A stretch of DNA of 64,000 bases from a virus (taxonomy: Duplodnaviria > Heunggongvirae > Uroviricota > Caudoviricetes): positions 51,595 to 115,594 of the IMG/VR virus record IMGVR_UViG_3300033405_000002; one strand, 5' to 3'. The position numbers and the translations under genes are program-made. A model generated the notes under the pieces. That model saw only the letters and a list, made by a program, of their open reading frames with translations. It did not search any database and was not told the DNA's origin. Positions 1 through 9,900 of this stretch are shown piece after piece. Numbering within the stretch: the first letter of the stretch is position 1; each line of letters starts with the position of its first letter.

Positions 1-273
1 CTTCAGAAGTTCCTGCGGTGTTGCCGCCTTGTCAGCGGACGTTACTTTGGTGCGCGAAACTACCTGACGCTCAGCGCCTTCGAGACTCCAAGCGGTTTCT
101 GCCTGCTCCGTGTCTTCGGGAAGTATGAGCGCTTCCACCTTTGCGGCGCAGTCACGGTAGTATTCAATGCCCTTCATCTGACTGCGAGTGAGTTGACCTG
201 TCACATCGCCACGTGCGGCGATAGCATTGGCTTGCTTGTGATACTGCGTTGCGATGGATCGTAAATTAGGCAT
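1..273 (-). CDS. hypothetical protein (runs off window edge)
   Basis: ATG at 273 with GGTGAG SD-like element; frame open to position 1 (MPNLRSIATQYHKQ...). Confidence 0.6.
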   Translation of the reverse strand, partial: MPNLRSIATQYHKQANAIAARGDVTGQLTRSQMKGIEYYRDCAAKVEALILPEDTEQAETAWSLEGAERQVVSRTKVTSADKAATPQELLK

Positions 274-433
274 GTAGTCTCACCTTTGCAAATGCCCGGT
301 TAAGGGATTCCTGCACCTTTTGGCGCATCCATTCTTCGGGATCGTTCTCCCGCAGTTCGCGATCTCGCTTCTCTGCGGTTTCCCTTGGGAAGTAATACTC
401 CCAGACTTGCTCGATGCTGTAGAACTTCTTCAT
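266..433 (-). CDS. small hypothetical protein (55 aa)
   Basis: Read manually: MKKFYSIEQVWEYYFPRK...RLHA*; ATGA overlap with upstream gene stop. Confidence 0.55.
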   Translation of the reverse strand: MKKFYSIEQVWEYYFPRETAEKRDRELRENDPEEWMRQKVQESLNRAFAKVRLHA

Positions 434-807
434 GCCAGCTTGTCTTTGACAAACTCTCGCACGGTGTTGTCCAACTTGTCCGCCAGTTCCTTGCCGTGCA
501 AACTCAAAAAGGCACGTGCCTGATCGGTTGTGAACTCATTGCCCTTAGCTCTGCGGACAAGAGTCCCGATACCGCGTAGCCTGCCGATGCCGTACTCAAT
601 ACGAATGCCGTCGAAAGGAAGTTCCTTTGGGGACTTTCCCGGCTTGAAGCCAGCAGCATTGCGTACCGCCGTCCATAGGTCTTCTTCATCCACGGGACGG
701 TCAGGGTGCCAAACGGCCGCGTAATACAGGTTGCGCACCGCTTCGATGAGGTCAGTAAGCTGACCTTCAACAGTTTGAATCGAGTTTTCTTCTGTCATTG
801 CTTTCAT
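430..807 (-). CDS. hypothetical protein
   Basis: 125-aa ORF with AGGAG SD; fits gene tiling. Confidence 0.7.
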   Translation of the reverse strand: MKAMTEENSIQTVEGQLTDLIEAVRNLYYAAVWHPDRPVDEEDLWTAVRNAAGFKPGKSPKELPFDGIRIEYGIGRLRGIGTLVRRAKGNEFTTDQARAFLSLHGKELADKLDNTVREFVKDKLA

Positions 808-821
808 CCTGTCTCCTAATA

Positions 822-1994
822 CTAGCGTGCTGACTTTTCCAAGTAAGCGTTCGACACCATCTTAAGCATAACACGCCCAAGCTTCCAATGTTTACGTTCC
901 TTGAGCGGTTTGATGACAATGCCTTCACGCATACAGTTGGCTCCCTTGAGTAGGGATTGGCCGTCTGCGAGCGCCTGAAGTTTCTCGAAATCGAACGGCA
1001 TGATGCCAAAGTCAGGAACACGGTGCTCCGCTGGCAGTTCGGCGATAAACCGCTCCGCGTCAATGTATTCCATGCCTTCCAGAATATCGAAGGCGCGGAA
1101 GAACAATTGTCCCGGTTTCGCTCCGTACTTGAGCGGCTGCACCCAGCCAAAGACTTCGCCGTACAGCACCGTCTCCGGGTTGGTTATCATCCACTCCTGA
1201 ATCCATGGGTTTTGTTCGATGGCTCTCCACCAGTTTGAGCCGCCTTCCTTCTTCTTCCACTCCGTGCGCGATCCCGCGTGGAACGTGTAGTCGGAGCAGT
1301 TGTAGACAGCACCCCCCGGTTTCTTTTCTTTGTAATCCGGCCCCATCGTGGAGACATAACGTGCGTTCTGTCCGTCCAGTTTTTCAGACACGTAGACTGG
1401 CTCGCCAGCCTCAAAGCAGTCGGCGAACTTGTAAACAGACTCCACGTCATACTTCGGGGCGTAGATCATCGGCGGCGGGGACGCTACATCGTCTCCGGCG
1501 TGCTTACGGCTGCCTTCCAGTTCATCTGCCGTTGGCGGCTCGTAGTGTGTGATCCCAAGAATCTCGGCTACATCATCGCCGATCTGGGAACCTTCCGGCG
1601 CTGGCAAAAGCATACCCATGCTGATAATACCGCGCAGCTTGCGCACTGTGATGCGCAGGTACTTTGTGTTGGCGTCGATGCGCTTCTCAAGCTCAGCCAA
1701 CTTTTGCTCATAGTCAAGACGGGCCAGATCGCTCTCGTGCTCAGCTTCCATCTTGGCGCGAAGCTCTTCCCGTTCTTTACGTAGGTTGTTCGTCTCTTTC
1801 AAGAAACGGTACTCCGGCTTGTCAGGAAGGACGGAATCAGGCTGGACGTATGCGGCTTTTTCAACGCCTTGCCAGTCGGCGGTGTTCACCACACATGTGA
1901 AGTTGTACACGCGCACGACGGACAGCTTGTCCGCGTCTGGGTGCTTCTCCAGCACTACTGGAACGATTTCTACTTTGTGCGTCTCAACTCCCAT
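822..1994 (-). CDS. RNA ligase, DRB0094/Rnl2-like, with N-terminal OB-like domain
   Basis: HPDADKL N-terminal motif; nucleotidyltransferase motifs SEKLDG, YGEVFG, FRAFDI, REGIVIK, MLKMVS; start placed at MGVETHK. Confidence 0.85.
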   Translation of the reverse strand: MGVETHKVEIVPVVLEKHPDADKLSVVRVYNFTCVVNTADWQGVEKAAYVQPDSVLPDKPEYRFLKETNNLRKEREELRAKMEAEHESDLARLDYEQKLAELEKRIDANTKYLRITVRKLRGIISMGMLLPAPEGSQIGDDVAEILGITHYEPPTADELEGSRKHAGDDVASPPPMIYAPKYDVESVYKFADCFEAGEPVYVSEKLDGQNARYVSTMGPDYKEKKPGGAVYNCSDYTFHAGSRTEWKKKEGGSNWWRAIEQNPWIQEWMITNPETVLYGEVFGWVQPLKYGAKPGQLFFRAFDILEGMEYIDAERFIAELPAEHRVPDFGIMPFDFEKLQALADGQSLLKGANCMREGIVIKPLKERKHWKLGRVMLKMVSNAYLEKSAR

Positions 1995-2325
1995 TTTCCT
2001 TATCCTCCTTCGCCTGAAGCTTCCAACCAATCCAATCAAAATCAATCGCGTAAGCATCACCCGTAGTGAAGCTGTGACCAATGATTTCATCCCCACGCCA
2101 TGTTGCGCCTTTCGCGAGCAGATCAGTGAACTTTGGCTTTTCCCCATTGACCGTGATCTTCGGTCGGAAGTCCCCGTCGCCGTCCGCAAAGAAGGCTGTC
2201 CAGCGAGATGATCCCATGCTGCCAAGGCTCTGCCATGTAGCAAACAGGTCGTTCAGCGCGATCTCCTGCGCCTCAGTTACGTTCTCAATCACCACGGTCA
2301 GTGTGCGCTTGCTTCGGTCTCTCAT
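1984..2325 (-). CDS. hypothetical protein
   Basis: 113-aa ORF with GGAGG SD, overlapping neighbours. Confidence 0.7.
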   Translation of the reverse strand: MRDRSKRTLTVVIENVTEAQEIALNDLFATWQSLGSMGSSRWTAFFADGDGDFRPKITVNGEKPKFTDLLAKGATWRGDEIIGHSFTTGDAYAIDFDWIGWKLQAKEDKENGS

Positions 2326-2654
2326 ACGCCTCCGTCCTCATCGCCGTCTTCGGCTTGTTGGTCACCAAGCTCTTCGGCGATCTTCTCTTGGGCCTGTGCA
2401 ATGACCATCTTCACATTCTTCCGCGCCATCAACTGATACTCCAACACGAACGCATCATAAACTGTCGGGTCGGCGAACCTTTCGCGGTAATGCTTCCACC
2501 GCTCCATGTACGCTTCTACGGCGTAATCGCACTCGTGCAGGACGATCTCGATACTGACCGGATCGGTTGGGTTAAACTGCTGGTCGATTGTTGGCTTTAC
2601 AGTGTCTTCTCGTATCGCCTTGGTCAGTTCAAGGATCAGTTCAGGATCACTCAT
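2322..2654 (-). CDS. hypothetical protein
   Basis: ORF from MSDPELI; acidic tail; tiling. Confidence 0.6.
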   Translation of the reverse strand: MSDPELILELTKAIREDTVKPTIDQQFNPTDPVSIEIVLHECDYAVEAYMERWKHYRERFADPTVYDAFVLEYQLMARKNVKMVIAQAQEKIAEELGDQQAEDGDEDGGV

Positions 2655-3072
2655 TCCCAGCCGCTTTCGATTTCTCGCGTTGTTCCACGCCAGAAACAAT
2701 GTGCTCATCCAAGACTTTTTTCTGTTTGTCAAAGGCACCAAGCACCCACAGGAATACCGTTACGTCTCGGTACTCGCGGAGAAGGACTTCGGGATTGCGA
2801 AGCTGGTCGGCGAACTGCTGAGCCAATTCTTCTTTCGTGAACAGCGGGACAAACTTATTGTCTTTGAGGCATACGTCGGGATTCGTACTGCCGCACTGTG
2901 TACATCCTACCACTTTGTGCCCCACCATGGAAGCGCCCTTGCAGTTAGTTGGGCATGGGCGCAGGTTTTGTTTCAAGAAACGGCGGCGGTGCCGATGGAT
3001 AGTTTCCTTCGCGGCGGCTATGATCTCTTCCAGCGACTTAAGCTGAATTAAATTAAGAAGCGGGTCTTTCAC
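2647..3072 (-). CDS. hypothetical protein with Cys motifs
   Basis: 141 aa; CPTNC and CTQC pairs. Confidence 0.6.
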   Translation of the reverse strand: MKDPLLNLIQLKSLEEIIAAAKETIHRHRRRFLKQNLRPCPTNCKGASMVGHKVVGCTQCGSTNPDVCLKDNKFVPLFTKEELAQQFADQLRNPEVLLREYRDVTVFLWVLGAFDKQKKVLDEHIVSGVEQREKSKAAGNE

Positions 3073-3733
3073 CGAGGCTTGATCCCTTCATTTCTTCGAG
3101 CCGGGGCCCTTCCACCTTGCGGAGCAAAGGCGCTTGCCCTTCTATCGGTAATACTTCATAAATGTGGTCGGCGGCAGAAGTTATCGTCGGTTGATGGGAG
3201 ATGGCAAAGATCGTAAACCCCAGCTTTGACAAGGTTTTCAGCATCTCGCTGACCTTTGGTTGGTACTCCGGGGAGACGTTCGAAAACTGCTCGTCCAGTG
3301 CAATGAACGGGGCGAGCTTGAAACGTTTGATGAGAATGATGCGAAGCAAGAAGCCAACTATATTCTGAACGCCGCCGCCGAACGATTCCATGGGATTTCC
3401 CACAGTATCGCCTTTCTTGATAAGCAAGCTGTAGCTGTTGCCACGAGCGGTTGTCTTCTTCTCGATCAACAGACCGATATGGTCATTGTTGAACACACGG
3501 CGTAGGCCGTCGCTCACGATGCCCTCGATCTTGCCAATGCCGTTCGCACTGACGATTTGGACGCACCGATCCAGCGTGCCTACAGCTTTTACCAGATCGC
3601 TCTTTTCAGACTCCAAAACTTTAATTCTCGCTTGGAGTCTTACAATCTGATTCTGCTCATACTCCATCTGCTGCCCCATTCTGGCGACGGAAGAGTGGAT
3701 ATTTGCGACGCGGTTAACTAGCATTTGGTCCAT
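3053..3733 (-). CDS. Rad50/SbcC (gp46-like) ATPase, C-terminal half
   Basis: Coiled coil followed by signature SFGGG, Walker B/D-loop IALDEQFSNV and H-loop ISH; no Walker A. Confidence 0.8.
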   Translation of the reverse strand: MDQMLVNRVANIHSSVARMGQQMEYEQNQIVRLQARIKVLESEKSDLVKAVGTLDRCVQIVSANGIGKIEGIVSDGLRRVFNNDHIGLLIEKKTTARGNSYSLLIKKGDTVGNPMESFGGGVQNIVGFLLRIILIKRFKLAPFIALDEQFSNVSPEYQPKVSEMLKTLSKLGFTIFAISHQPTITSAADHIYEVLPIEGQAPLLRKVEGPRLEEMKGSSLGERPAS

Positions 3734-4262
3734 CGAATTCCTTCACTCTTCTCAAATACCCTAGGAATTCAGCGTAAGGCATATCCATCTTTGCCCGCTG
3801 ACAAATTTTACAACAAGGCAAAACATTCTCCGGTATATACCCTTGACCATTGTTTTTGCGGTCAAGACCGTTATACGCAAAATCGCCATTACCATACTTG
3901 GCTTTCATTAAGTTCGAAAGAGACACGCCGCAGTAATGACAGGGTTGTTGTGTAAGTTTATTGAATAGGTTTCTGGAAATTTTCCAAACCAGACCTCGCC
4001 GTTTTGCGGAATTGACTCGATAGTCTGTATAAAGTTGAGTTTGGGCTGCGTATCCCGGCGCTTTTCTGGCGAGATCAACGCACAAACACCCACAACTTTT
4101 GGATGCGCCACTGCGGAGGCTTTTAGCGTAGACATCTTTCTCTACCCCACAGGCACATCGACAATGCCAAACAACGAAGTTGCCGCGTTTGCCAGAGCAT
4201 TTCAAAACCGTCCAGCGCCCAAAAATCTGTCCGGTTAGATCAAATCGTCTTAGTGTTCCCAC
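3714..4262 (-). mobile_element. HNH-type homing endonuclease
   Basis: DLTGQIFGRWTV...CRCACG...SCGC N-terminal module; CHYCG..GLDRKNN..GY..NVLPCCKICQRAK nuclease core; AT-richer than flanks; start uncertain. Confidence 0.75.
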
Positions 4263-4275
4263 AATACCAACCCAC

Positions 4276-4539
4276 CTACTTAGAGTTTGGTAGTGTTTTT
4301 TCTTCCTTGTAGCTGACGACTTCGAACCCACGGATGTCGATGCCGGGGACGATGGCTAATACTGTGTAGCCGTCAACATGCAGCTTGTCCAGATATGTCG
4401 GTAGCTCCTGCTTGTACACGCTGTCCTGCCTGTGCGTGCGCACTGTAGCTGGACGGCTGCGCGTGCCCTTCTTGGTTGTAACGTTCGGTGGTCCGCCTGC
4501 GTCAAATGTCTTCTCGCTTCCAACTTCATCAATGCTCAT
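4276..4539 (-). CDS. hypothetical protein
   Basis: 87-aa ORF, tiling. Confidence 0.6.
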   Translation of the reverse strand: MSIDEVGSEKTFDAGGPPNVTTKKGTRSRPATVRTHRQDSVYKQELPTYLDKLHVDGYTVLAIVPGIDIRGFEVVSYKEEKTLPNSK

Positions 4540-4790
4540 ATTGTTCTCTCTTCCTGTGGCGGAACCTCTTGACCAAGCTTGTGCAGGCGCGTAGCGATGC
4601 GACTGGCTATCTTCTCTGCTGTCTCATAGCGCAAGGCGCACTTGATACAGGACAAGTCCCACACACTCTCTGAGTCCGGCAACCGTCCGGCATGACTCCC
4701 GCAAGCGACCAAATCCATCAGCCCTAGCTTCATCATGTCTTTCAGTTCCAGATCAATGAATTCAAGTGACCCAAGTTTCGTGGTCTTCAT
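4536..4790 (-). CDS. hypothetical protein
   Basis: 84-aa ORF preceded by CGGTATTA motif. Confidence 0.6.
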   Translation of the reverse strand: MKTTKLGSLEFIDLELKDMMKLGLMDLVACGSHAGRLPDSESVWDLSCIKCALRYETAEKIASRIATRLHKLGQEVPPQEERTI

Positions 4791-4804
4791 AGAGTAATAC
4801 CGCA

Positions 4805-4835
4805 GAAAAAGAAAACCCCGGCTTTCGCCGGGGCC
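4805..4835 (-). terminator. intrinsic terminator
   Basis: GCCCCGGC-GAAA-GCCGGGGT hairpin followed by TTTCTTTTT. Confidence 0.85.
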
Positions 4836-4836
4836 T

Positions 4837-4971
4837 CTAGCGCGTGCTTTGGAAGCTCATCTCCGTCTGCGCCCATCTTCTTGTTCTGGTGGATGTTCCT
4901 TTTTGGCGGGCGGTCCACTGCCGCCATGCTTCTTTGTCATTCGGGTCGGGAGATTGGCAAAAATAGTCCAT
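4837..4971 (-). CDS. small hypothetical protein (44 aa)
   Basis: TAATG coupling with thioredoxin stop; MDYFCQSPDPNDKEAWRQW... Confidence 0.45.
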   Translation of the reverse strand: MDYFCQSPDPNDKEAWRQWTARQKGTSTRTRRWAQTEMSFQSTR

Positions 4972-5294
4972 TAAGACGTGAGCGCTTCGTCCAGTGCGGC
5001 GCGGATTTCCTTCTCTACGCTGTCAGACCAACCTACAAACTGGTTGACCCTTACGCCGTCTTTGAAGACGCAGAAGTTGGGGATTCCCCGGACGCCGTTC
5101 TCCACAGCGTACCTAGAGCCGCCTGTATCAATGTTGTGCTTAACAACTTTCGCTTTCCCAGCGTAGTCGTTAGCGATCTGTTCAATGGCTGGCGATGCGG
5201 CGCGACACGGGCCACACCAATCAGCGTAGAAGTCCACAAGCACTACGCCCGTGCCTACTTCCTGTTGGAATGTTTCATCGGTGATTTGATTCAT
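4971..5294 (-). CDS. trxA: thioredoxin
   Basis: VLVDFYADWCGPC active site, cis-Pro motif GIP, 107 aa. Confidence 0.95.
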   Translation of the reverse strand: MNQITDETFQQEVGTGVVLVDFYADWCGPCRAASPAIEQIANDYAGKAKVVKHNIDTGGSRYAVENGVRGIPNFCVFKDGVRVNQFVGWSDSVEKEIRAALDEALTS

Positions 5295-5880
5295 ATCTTT
5301 TCCTTTACGAATAGCTTTTTACCATCTGTAACCACCAGCTTTGTGCCCAACCGTCGCTGCCTAACTTTTTCCGCGAAACTTGCGGGTTTGGGCTTTCCTT
5401 TCAGTCCCCTTGAAATGCTTTGCTTGTGTTCTGCGGTGAGCGGCCCGTTAAGCCCAGCAAAGGGTAAAAATGGTCGGTGGAAAGCCGCAAAAGAAAAAGC
5501 GAGTCATTGAAGGGAAAACCACCGACCCAAATGGTTACTCTACCCTTACGAGCGGCTCTAAGTTTTGCACGAACAGCTTCAGTTGGCACACCACCATCCC
5601 CACCTAGGGTAAGATTATAGCCATACCCCGGCTCATTCGCTCGATAGTGCTGGATAAAGTGTATCTCCATCTTGTCAAGTTCTTCTGACGAAAGGGCATA
5701 CGAAATTATGCAACGTTCGAAGTTCTCTTCACCGTATTTACGCAGAGCATTGTGGAAGTAATTTTTGTCTCCATACCGCACCATTCCGAGATGCTCGTTA
5801 TGCCGTTTCCTCAAAGAAAACGCGGTCTTGCCAACGTACACTTTGTTGTTGATGCGATTGCGGTAAATATAAACTAGCAT
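5291..5880 (-). mobile_element. GIY-YIG homing endonuclease with disrupted NUMOD3-type C-terminus
   Basis: LVYIYRN..NKVYVGKT..R..H, E, GYN motifs; C-terminal repeats out of frame or inverted (ORF as called stops at 5401). Confidence 0.8.
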
Positions 5881-5883
5881 TTT

Positions 5884-6933
5884 TCAAAACGAGCGAAAGT
5901 TCACTGCAAAAGCACCACGGATCAACCGCATCGTTGATGTCGGCCCAGACCCGCTCGATGTCGATTCAAGTGTAACATAATCATCCGATGCTTGCGAGAG
6001 TGCGTCGATAATGACGCTTGCGGTCTTGGCTTGAAGACCAAACCTGTCCCAATCACCCGTCTCCCCAAGGGAATTGCGGTTATCGCCGAAATTTCCCTTG
6101 GCGATCACACCCTGCTTGGGGTCAATGTCAATGGTCTCACCTTCGTCCAGCAACCCAACGGCCGCGTGCAGGCAAGTCAGCAGGCGCTCGGCTGGAAGCT
6201 TAGTGATCTCAACCCCCGGCACGTTGTAGGTGTCGAATAGCTGACTTCCCAGCGTATGCCCCTTCGTATAGGTGATAAGATCGCCTATTACCGCGCCCCA
6301 ATAGCCGTTCTGAGTGAGAACCAATTCATCCACGGGCTGTCCGGCTACCATGCGCAGGAACGGCTCGCGGGGACTAAGCTTGATCGGTTGGGAAGAGATG
6401 CGCTCGCCGCCGTCCCACATGACCACAGCGCTCTTGTTGGTTGGGAGCATGAGCTTGCCGTGCTTTAGAACAGGCGTATTCGCCAGTGTGAATGGCTTGA
6501 TGTTGATGCCTTCAAAGGTCTGCTGATCGAGCGTAATGACTCGCGGCCCAATGTCATGGGTTTTGATTCCGGCCTGTTTCTCAGCAACCGTATGCACATG
6601 CGTTTCGCTGTTGGAGCCAACTTCGCTAGTGCCATACATGCGCATGATTCCACGCTCGTTAAGGCTCAACTCGATGCTGTCTTCCGGGCAGTTTTTGAGC
6701 ACATTTGTGAGATGGCTGAGCGACACATACGCAGTCGGATACGCACCAAAATCCTTGGACTGAATGACGCCATCGTTGTTCGTGCGCAGAAAGAGTGGCT
6801 TCTGCCCATCCACCAACTGAACGGCAACATACGGCGCACCCTTAGGGTCAAACGCGGTGAGAGCCTTCAGTGGCTTCAAAAGATCATTCTTATTTATGAG
6901 CATAGGCGCAACAGCTAAGCACGCAACTGGCAT
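5884..6933 (-). CDS. hypothetical protein, possibly sliding-clamp-like
   Basis: ~340-350 aa; N-terminus INKNDLLKPL and size recall beta clamps; product call is weak. Confidence 0.45.
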   Translation of the reverse strand: MPVACLAVAPMLINKNDLLKPLKALTAFDPKGAPYVAVQLVDGQKPLFLRTNNDGVIQSKDFGAYPTAYVSLSHLTNVLKNCPEDSIELSLNERGIMRMYGTSEVGSNSETHVHTVAEKQAGIKTHDIGPRVITLDQQTFEGINIKPFTLANTPVLKHGKLMLPTNKSAVVMWDGGERISSQPIKLSPREPFLRMVAGQPVDELVLTQNGYWGAVIGDLITYTKGHTLGSQLFDTYNVPGVEITKLPAERLLTCLHAAVGLLDEGETIDIDPKQGVIAKGNFGDNRNSLGETGDWDRFGLQAKTASVIIDALSQASDDYVTLESTSSGSGPTSTMRLIRGAFAVNFRSF

Positions 6934-6948
6934 GTAGCCTAATACCGA

Positions 6949-9900
6949 TTATACGGTAATCTGCTGCACATTCGAGTAAGCGGACGGCCCGTCCGGTCCA
7001 ACGGCCTGCACCCTGAAGTAGTAGGTCAGCCCTGTGGTGATCGGCGAGATGATGCTTTGGATGCTTCCAGCGCCGATAGTCTGGAAATTCTGGAACTCTT
7101 GACGGATGAAAATGTTCAGGGCGTGCCCCGCCTGCGCACCGTTGAACTGGTAAAGCCCAGATTGGGTAACGCTGTATTGTCCGCTGTTCACAATGTTCGA
7201 CGTCGTTGGAACCAATTGCACGCCAGCGGTGATGTCGAACACACCTTCGTCCGCCGTGAAGTATTCCGCTGCCGGAACTTGGTACGAGTAAGGGGCGATA
7301 GATGGCACGATCACAGCCGCGAGCGTGGTTCCAAGCGCGTACTGCACAATGTAAGACGTGATGAGATCGGGGCGCAACTGCTGCCATGATAGAGCGATGT
7401 TAGTCACGCCCTGAACAATCACAGTCGTTGGCACTTGTAGCAGTGGCGGTGTAGGCCCGCCGGAGTAGGTGCTGTCAGGGTCGAACATGATTTCGCCCGT
7501 GTGGACAAACTGGTTCTTCAGTTTGGACTTGTCCCACGTTCCGATGATTGTGTCGTTCGTCAAATCAATCAACGTCTCGTAGGTGCTGCCGGAATTCAAC
7601 GATTCTGCCAAGCCAGTGTCGGATACGTTAAACGATGGGATGCTAACACCTAGCTCCAATGACGCGGTGAATTGTGTGCCGTTAGGCGTCACAGAAATCA
7701 CATCTACCGTGTAGCCGTTCAAAACAGACGCGGCGGCGCTGGTCAAGCCTGAAATTTTGATTGCATCTCCAGCTACGAAAGAGTTCTGTGCTGTAAAAGT
7801 AAGCTGATAAGCTGGCGTACCTGAAGGGCCGGAATACTGAACGTTCGTAATCTGTGCAGTTTGGTTGGCAATCGTACCCAGCAATATTCTGCCGCTTGCG
7901 ATGCTTCCCATGTTGTTCCAGCGCACGAATTGCACTTTGCTCGCGCCGTAGACAAGGTTCGATGCAACATCAAGTTCGAGCAGAGATGTAACTGCTAGAG
8001 TCGTTGTGTTGAGTTGCATGAGCAATGCACCCTCTTCACCGGAGAGCACCACCACGCGCTGGTTGCCGTTGCTCACTGTTGTCGTGATGCTTACGTCGAA
8101 AGCAAGTGTTGAATCAGCAAAGCTAAGTTCTGTGTAATCCGCAAGGATGATCTGCGTGTCCGGGTCATCCGTGTTGATGTTCGGGGCGCTGCTGTAACGC
8201 CAGATGTTGCCTTCGCTGTCAAGCACAAGCGTGTAATCCTGCTCTGTATGAACAGCGTCAAGAATGAACGCGCTGTTCGGGAGCAACAGTTTGCGCAGGA
8301 GCACGGCGGCAGGCGTGGCGGATGGGAACACCGCGTAAACCAGCACGCTCTGCGGCGAGATCACGATGTAGCGGTCGCTTCCATCCAAGACAGATGTGCG
8401 CTTCACGCTTCTCAAGTTATTGAAAATAATGGAAATATCCAGCGGAGACCAAATCTGCGGCGTGTTGCGCAGTGAGATCGGCATGGACGAATACGCGATG
8501 CCTGTCGCGGCCCCGGCAAAATTCGGAAGTGCCGCGTCGTAAATCTGGAACGAAGTCGGTGAGAGCGATTGAGAACCGAAGTGCATGTTAAATGACTGTC
8601 CAAAACCTGTCGGCAGGACAGTGAACGGTATACCGTTAAGGAACGCGGCGGCTCCGGTGAGACCCTCGAACCAAACAGACTGCCCAGCAACGAACGTGTT
8701 GTTCGCCGTGATCGTACCAACACCGTTGACGATAGAGATATTCGTCACAGGAGCAGACGCGCTGAAGACCGCACGAGACAACTGTAATGTGTCCGTGTTG
8801 TTCGCCGTGAAGACGTAGGCTGCAACTGGAATGTTGATCGTTGCTGTGACTGCTGGATTAACCCCATCATTGACTGTAATGCTAAACACCAACGTCTCGC
8901 CGTTGATATTCACGCCGTTAGTTGCGATCTCCAAGAACGGGTGCGTGGTGCCCTTCGGAAGAGCCACAGTTGTGCCGCTAACCTGCGTCCACTGATACGT
9001 CGTGCTGTCATCCGGGTCGGTCACACCTTCATAAATCACAGGGAACTGCGTAGTTGGATCAGTGATTTGATCTGGCGTGATCGTGATCGTGGTGTTTCTG
9101 GCGACATTTGTCGCGAGAGTATTTCCAGTGGTCCACTGTGGGCTTGGGAATGTAATCGTCGGATCGGCATTCTCAGGCACTAAAATGTTCACTTGCTGGA
9201 ACTGGAATTGGCTGATGGCGTCACCTGTAACCGAAGCTGAGTACGCAGAAAATCCGCCAAAGTAGACGCCAAAATCGCTACCGAATCCCGGCGAGAAATT
9301 GTTAACAACGAGTGTGTTGGAGTTCGTGCCAGCGCTCAACGTCAGCACTTGGTCGTTCAACCACGACTCGAACGCCGTGCTTGTAGTTGGTGCGTTAGTG
9401 CTCACGAAATTGAAGCCCAATGGCGGCTCGATAAAACCTGTGCCAAGAGGGATCGGCGTGCTCAGCACGTTCGTGCCGTTGTAATACTGTTCTTGCAACT
9501 GTTCTTGCCCCGGATTTCCGATGTAGACATTCCATTGCGTTGCATCCCCAGATGCCGCAGGAGATGTCACAGTCATTAGGTAGCCTGCGGGGATAGTGTT
9601 GGCATAGATAGTGCTCGTGCTTCCAACGGTCTCGCCGACCTCGTTAAGATACGTGACGATGATCGAGAACCCCGTCTGACCGAAGCCGTAGTTGTAGTTG
9701 TAACCAAACCCTACAGTGCTTGGCGTCTGCTCCGGCAGTGATCCACCGGGAGTCACACCGACTGTTGGCGCTACAGGCGGGCCTAGAGTCACATCATAGA
9801 ACATGACCTGCTCGCCAGCAATCGGAACAATTGCACCCGCTGGTGCCGTGAAAGTTGCTGTCAACGTACCAGATGAGACTGTGACGTTGGTGATGTCGAG

